From an uncultured Actinomycetes bacterium (GTDB lineage: Bacteria > SZUA-79 > Acidulodesulfobacterales > Acidulodesulfobacteraceae), in contig CAZVZU010000002.1 in the NCBI GenBank assembly GCA_964631685.1, positions 197,216-261,215 on the forward strand: a stretch of DNA of 64,000 nucleotides. The letters run 5' to 3'. The notes beneath the pieces were generated by a model that was not told the origin of the DNA, made no database searches, and saw nothing but the letters and a program-made list of their open reading frames with translations. This document shows positions 63,400 to 64,000 of this stretch, in pieces. A program made the position numbers and the translations under genes. Every line of letters begins with the position of its first letter. The first letter of the stretch is position 1.

Positions 63400-64000
63400 A
63401 TGAGGGATAGTTCGAACAAGCCGACAATACAAAACGATATAGGTTACGGTTTCAAGCTACTTTTTGAATATAGATATCTTATATGGATACTTGCGATAAA
63501 GGAACTTAAGGTTAGATACAGGGGTTCATACCTCGGTTTTTTTTGGTCACTTTTGAACCCGCTTCTTCTGCTTTTAATATACACATTTGTATTTACGGTT
63601 ATTTTTAAGGCAGGGGGAAGAGCCTACCCTGTTTATCTGTTTGTTGGTCTTTTACCGTTCAATTGGTTCTCAATGGCCGTAAACGAGTCTACAATGTCCG
63701 TCGTAAGCTCTGGTTTTTTCATAACAAAATCGACACTACCGTCCGAGATTATTGTTATCGTTAAGGTTGTATCTAACTTCATAAATTTCATTCTGTCCAT
63801 ACCTATTTTGTTTCTCTTTATATTAATATTTAATGTCAAAATTGGTTTTCCGCTTATTTTATTCCCCGTTCTTATAGCCATAGAATTCTTCGCCACGGTA
63901 GGCGTAGGGTATTTTGTAGGTGCTCTAGAGGTATTTTATAGGGACATGCAGCATATTGTAATGAATCTGCTTCAGATATTATTTTTCGGAATACCCATAA
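63400..64000 (+). CDS. ABC-2 polysaccharide export permease (Wzm-like), 3' end outside the window
   Basis: Not in the ORF track; hand translation gives LFEYRYLIWILAIKELKVRYRGSYLGFFWSLLNPLLLLLIYTFVF, open to the window end. Confidence 0.92.
   Translation, partial: MRDSSNKPTIQNDIGYGFKLLFEYRYLIWILAIKELKVRYRGSYLGFFWSLLNPLLLLLIYTFVFTVIFKAGGRAYPVYLFVGLLPFNWFSMAVNESTMSVVSSGFFITKSTLPSEIIVIVKVVSNFINFILSIPILFLFILIFNVKIGFPLILFPVLIAIEFFATVGVGYFVGALEVFYRDMQHIVMNLLQILFFGIPI

Noticed and set aside
63633..63896. Minus-strand 87-aa ORF
   Set aside because: Antisense shadow of the wzm-like gene.

Overview
AT-rich bacterial chromosome segment with most genes on the minus strand. Gene content (Mo-nitrogenase, siroheme-dependent Ahb heme pathway, split ATP synthase with two b subunits, System II cytochrome c maturation, Lol and LPS genes) fits a diderm, deltaproteobacteria-like anaerobic or microaerobic diazotroph. 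An acid-mine-drainage lineage such as Ca. Acidulodesulfobacterales is my inference only. The left ~19 kb is accessory or physiology-specific. It holds (a) a nif cluster, nifH-nifB-methyltransferase-ferredoxin-nifD (partial), with divergent nifV, two sigma54 promoters, paired NtrC-like enhancer palindromes and an ANTAR-type attenuator; (b) a fluoride-riboswitch-led operon for a hydrogenase-4-like (Ehr) membrane complex lacking NiFe ligands, followed by a dynamin-like GTPase; (c) a globin-coupled HD-GYP protein; (d) cytochrome c plus qNor and a divergent orphan gene, both behind CRP/FNR-type sites at -41.5. The rest is mostly housekeeping: polA, heme genes, gpsA, gyrA, moaA, PBP1A, glnB-glnA, ftsK, serS, atp genes, parAB with parS, res/ccs, rsmG, hldD, nfo, bfr and a partial wzm. 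I saw no tRNA, rRNA, CRISPR array or IS element. All calls come from reading motifs by eye; no searches were run.
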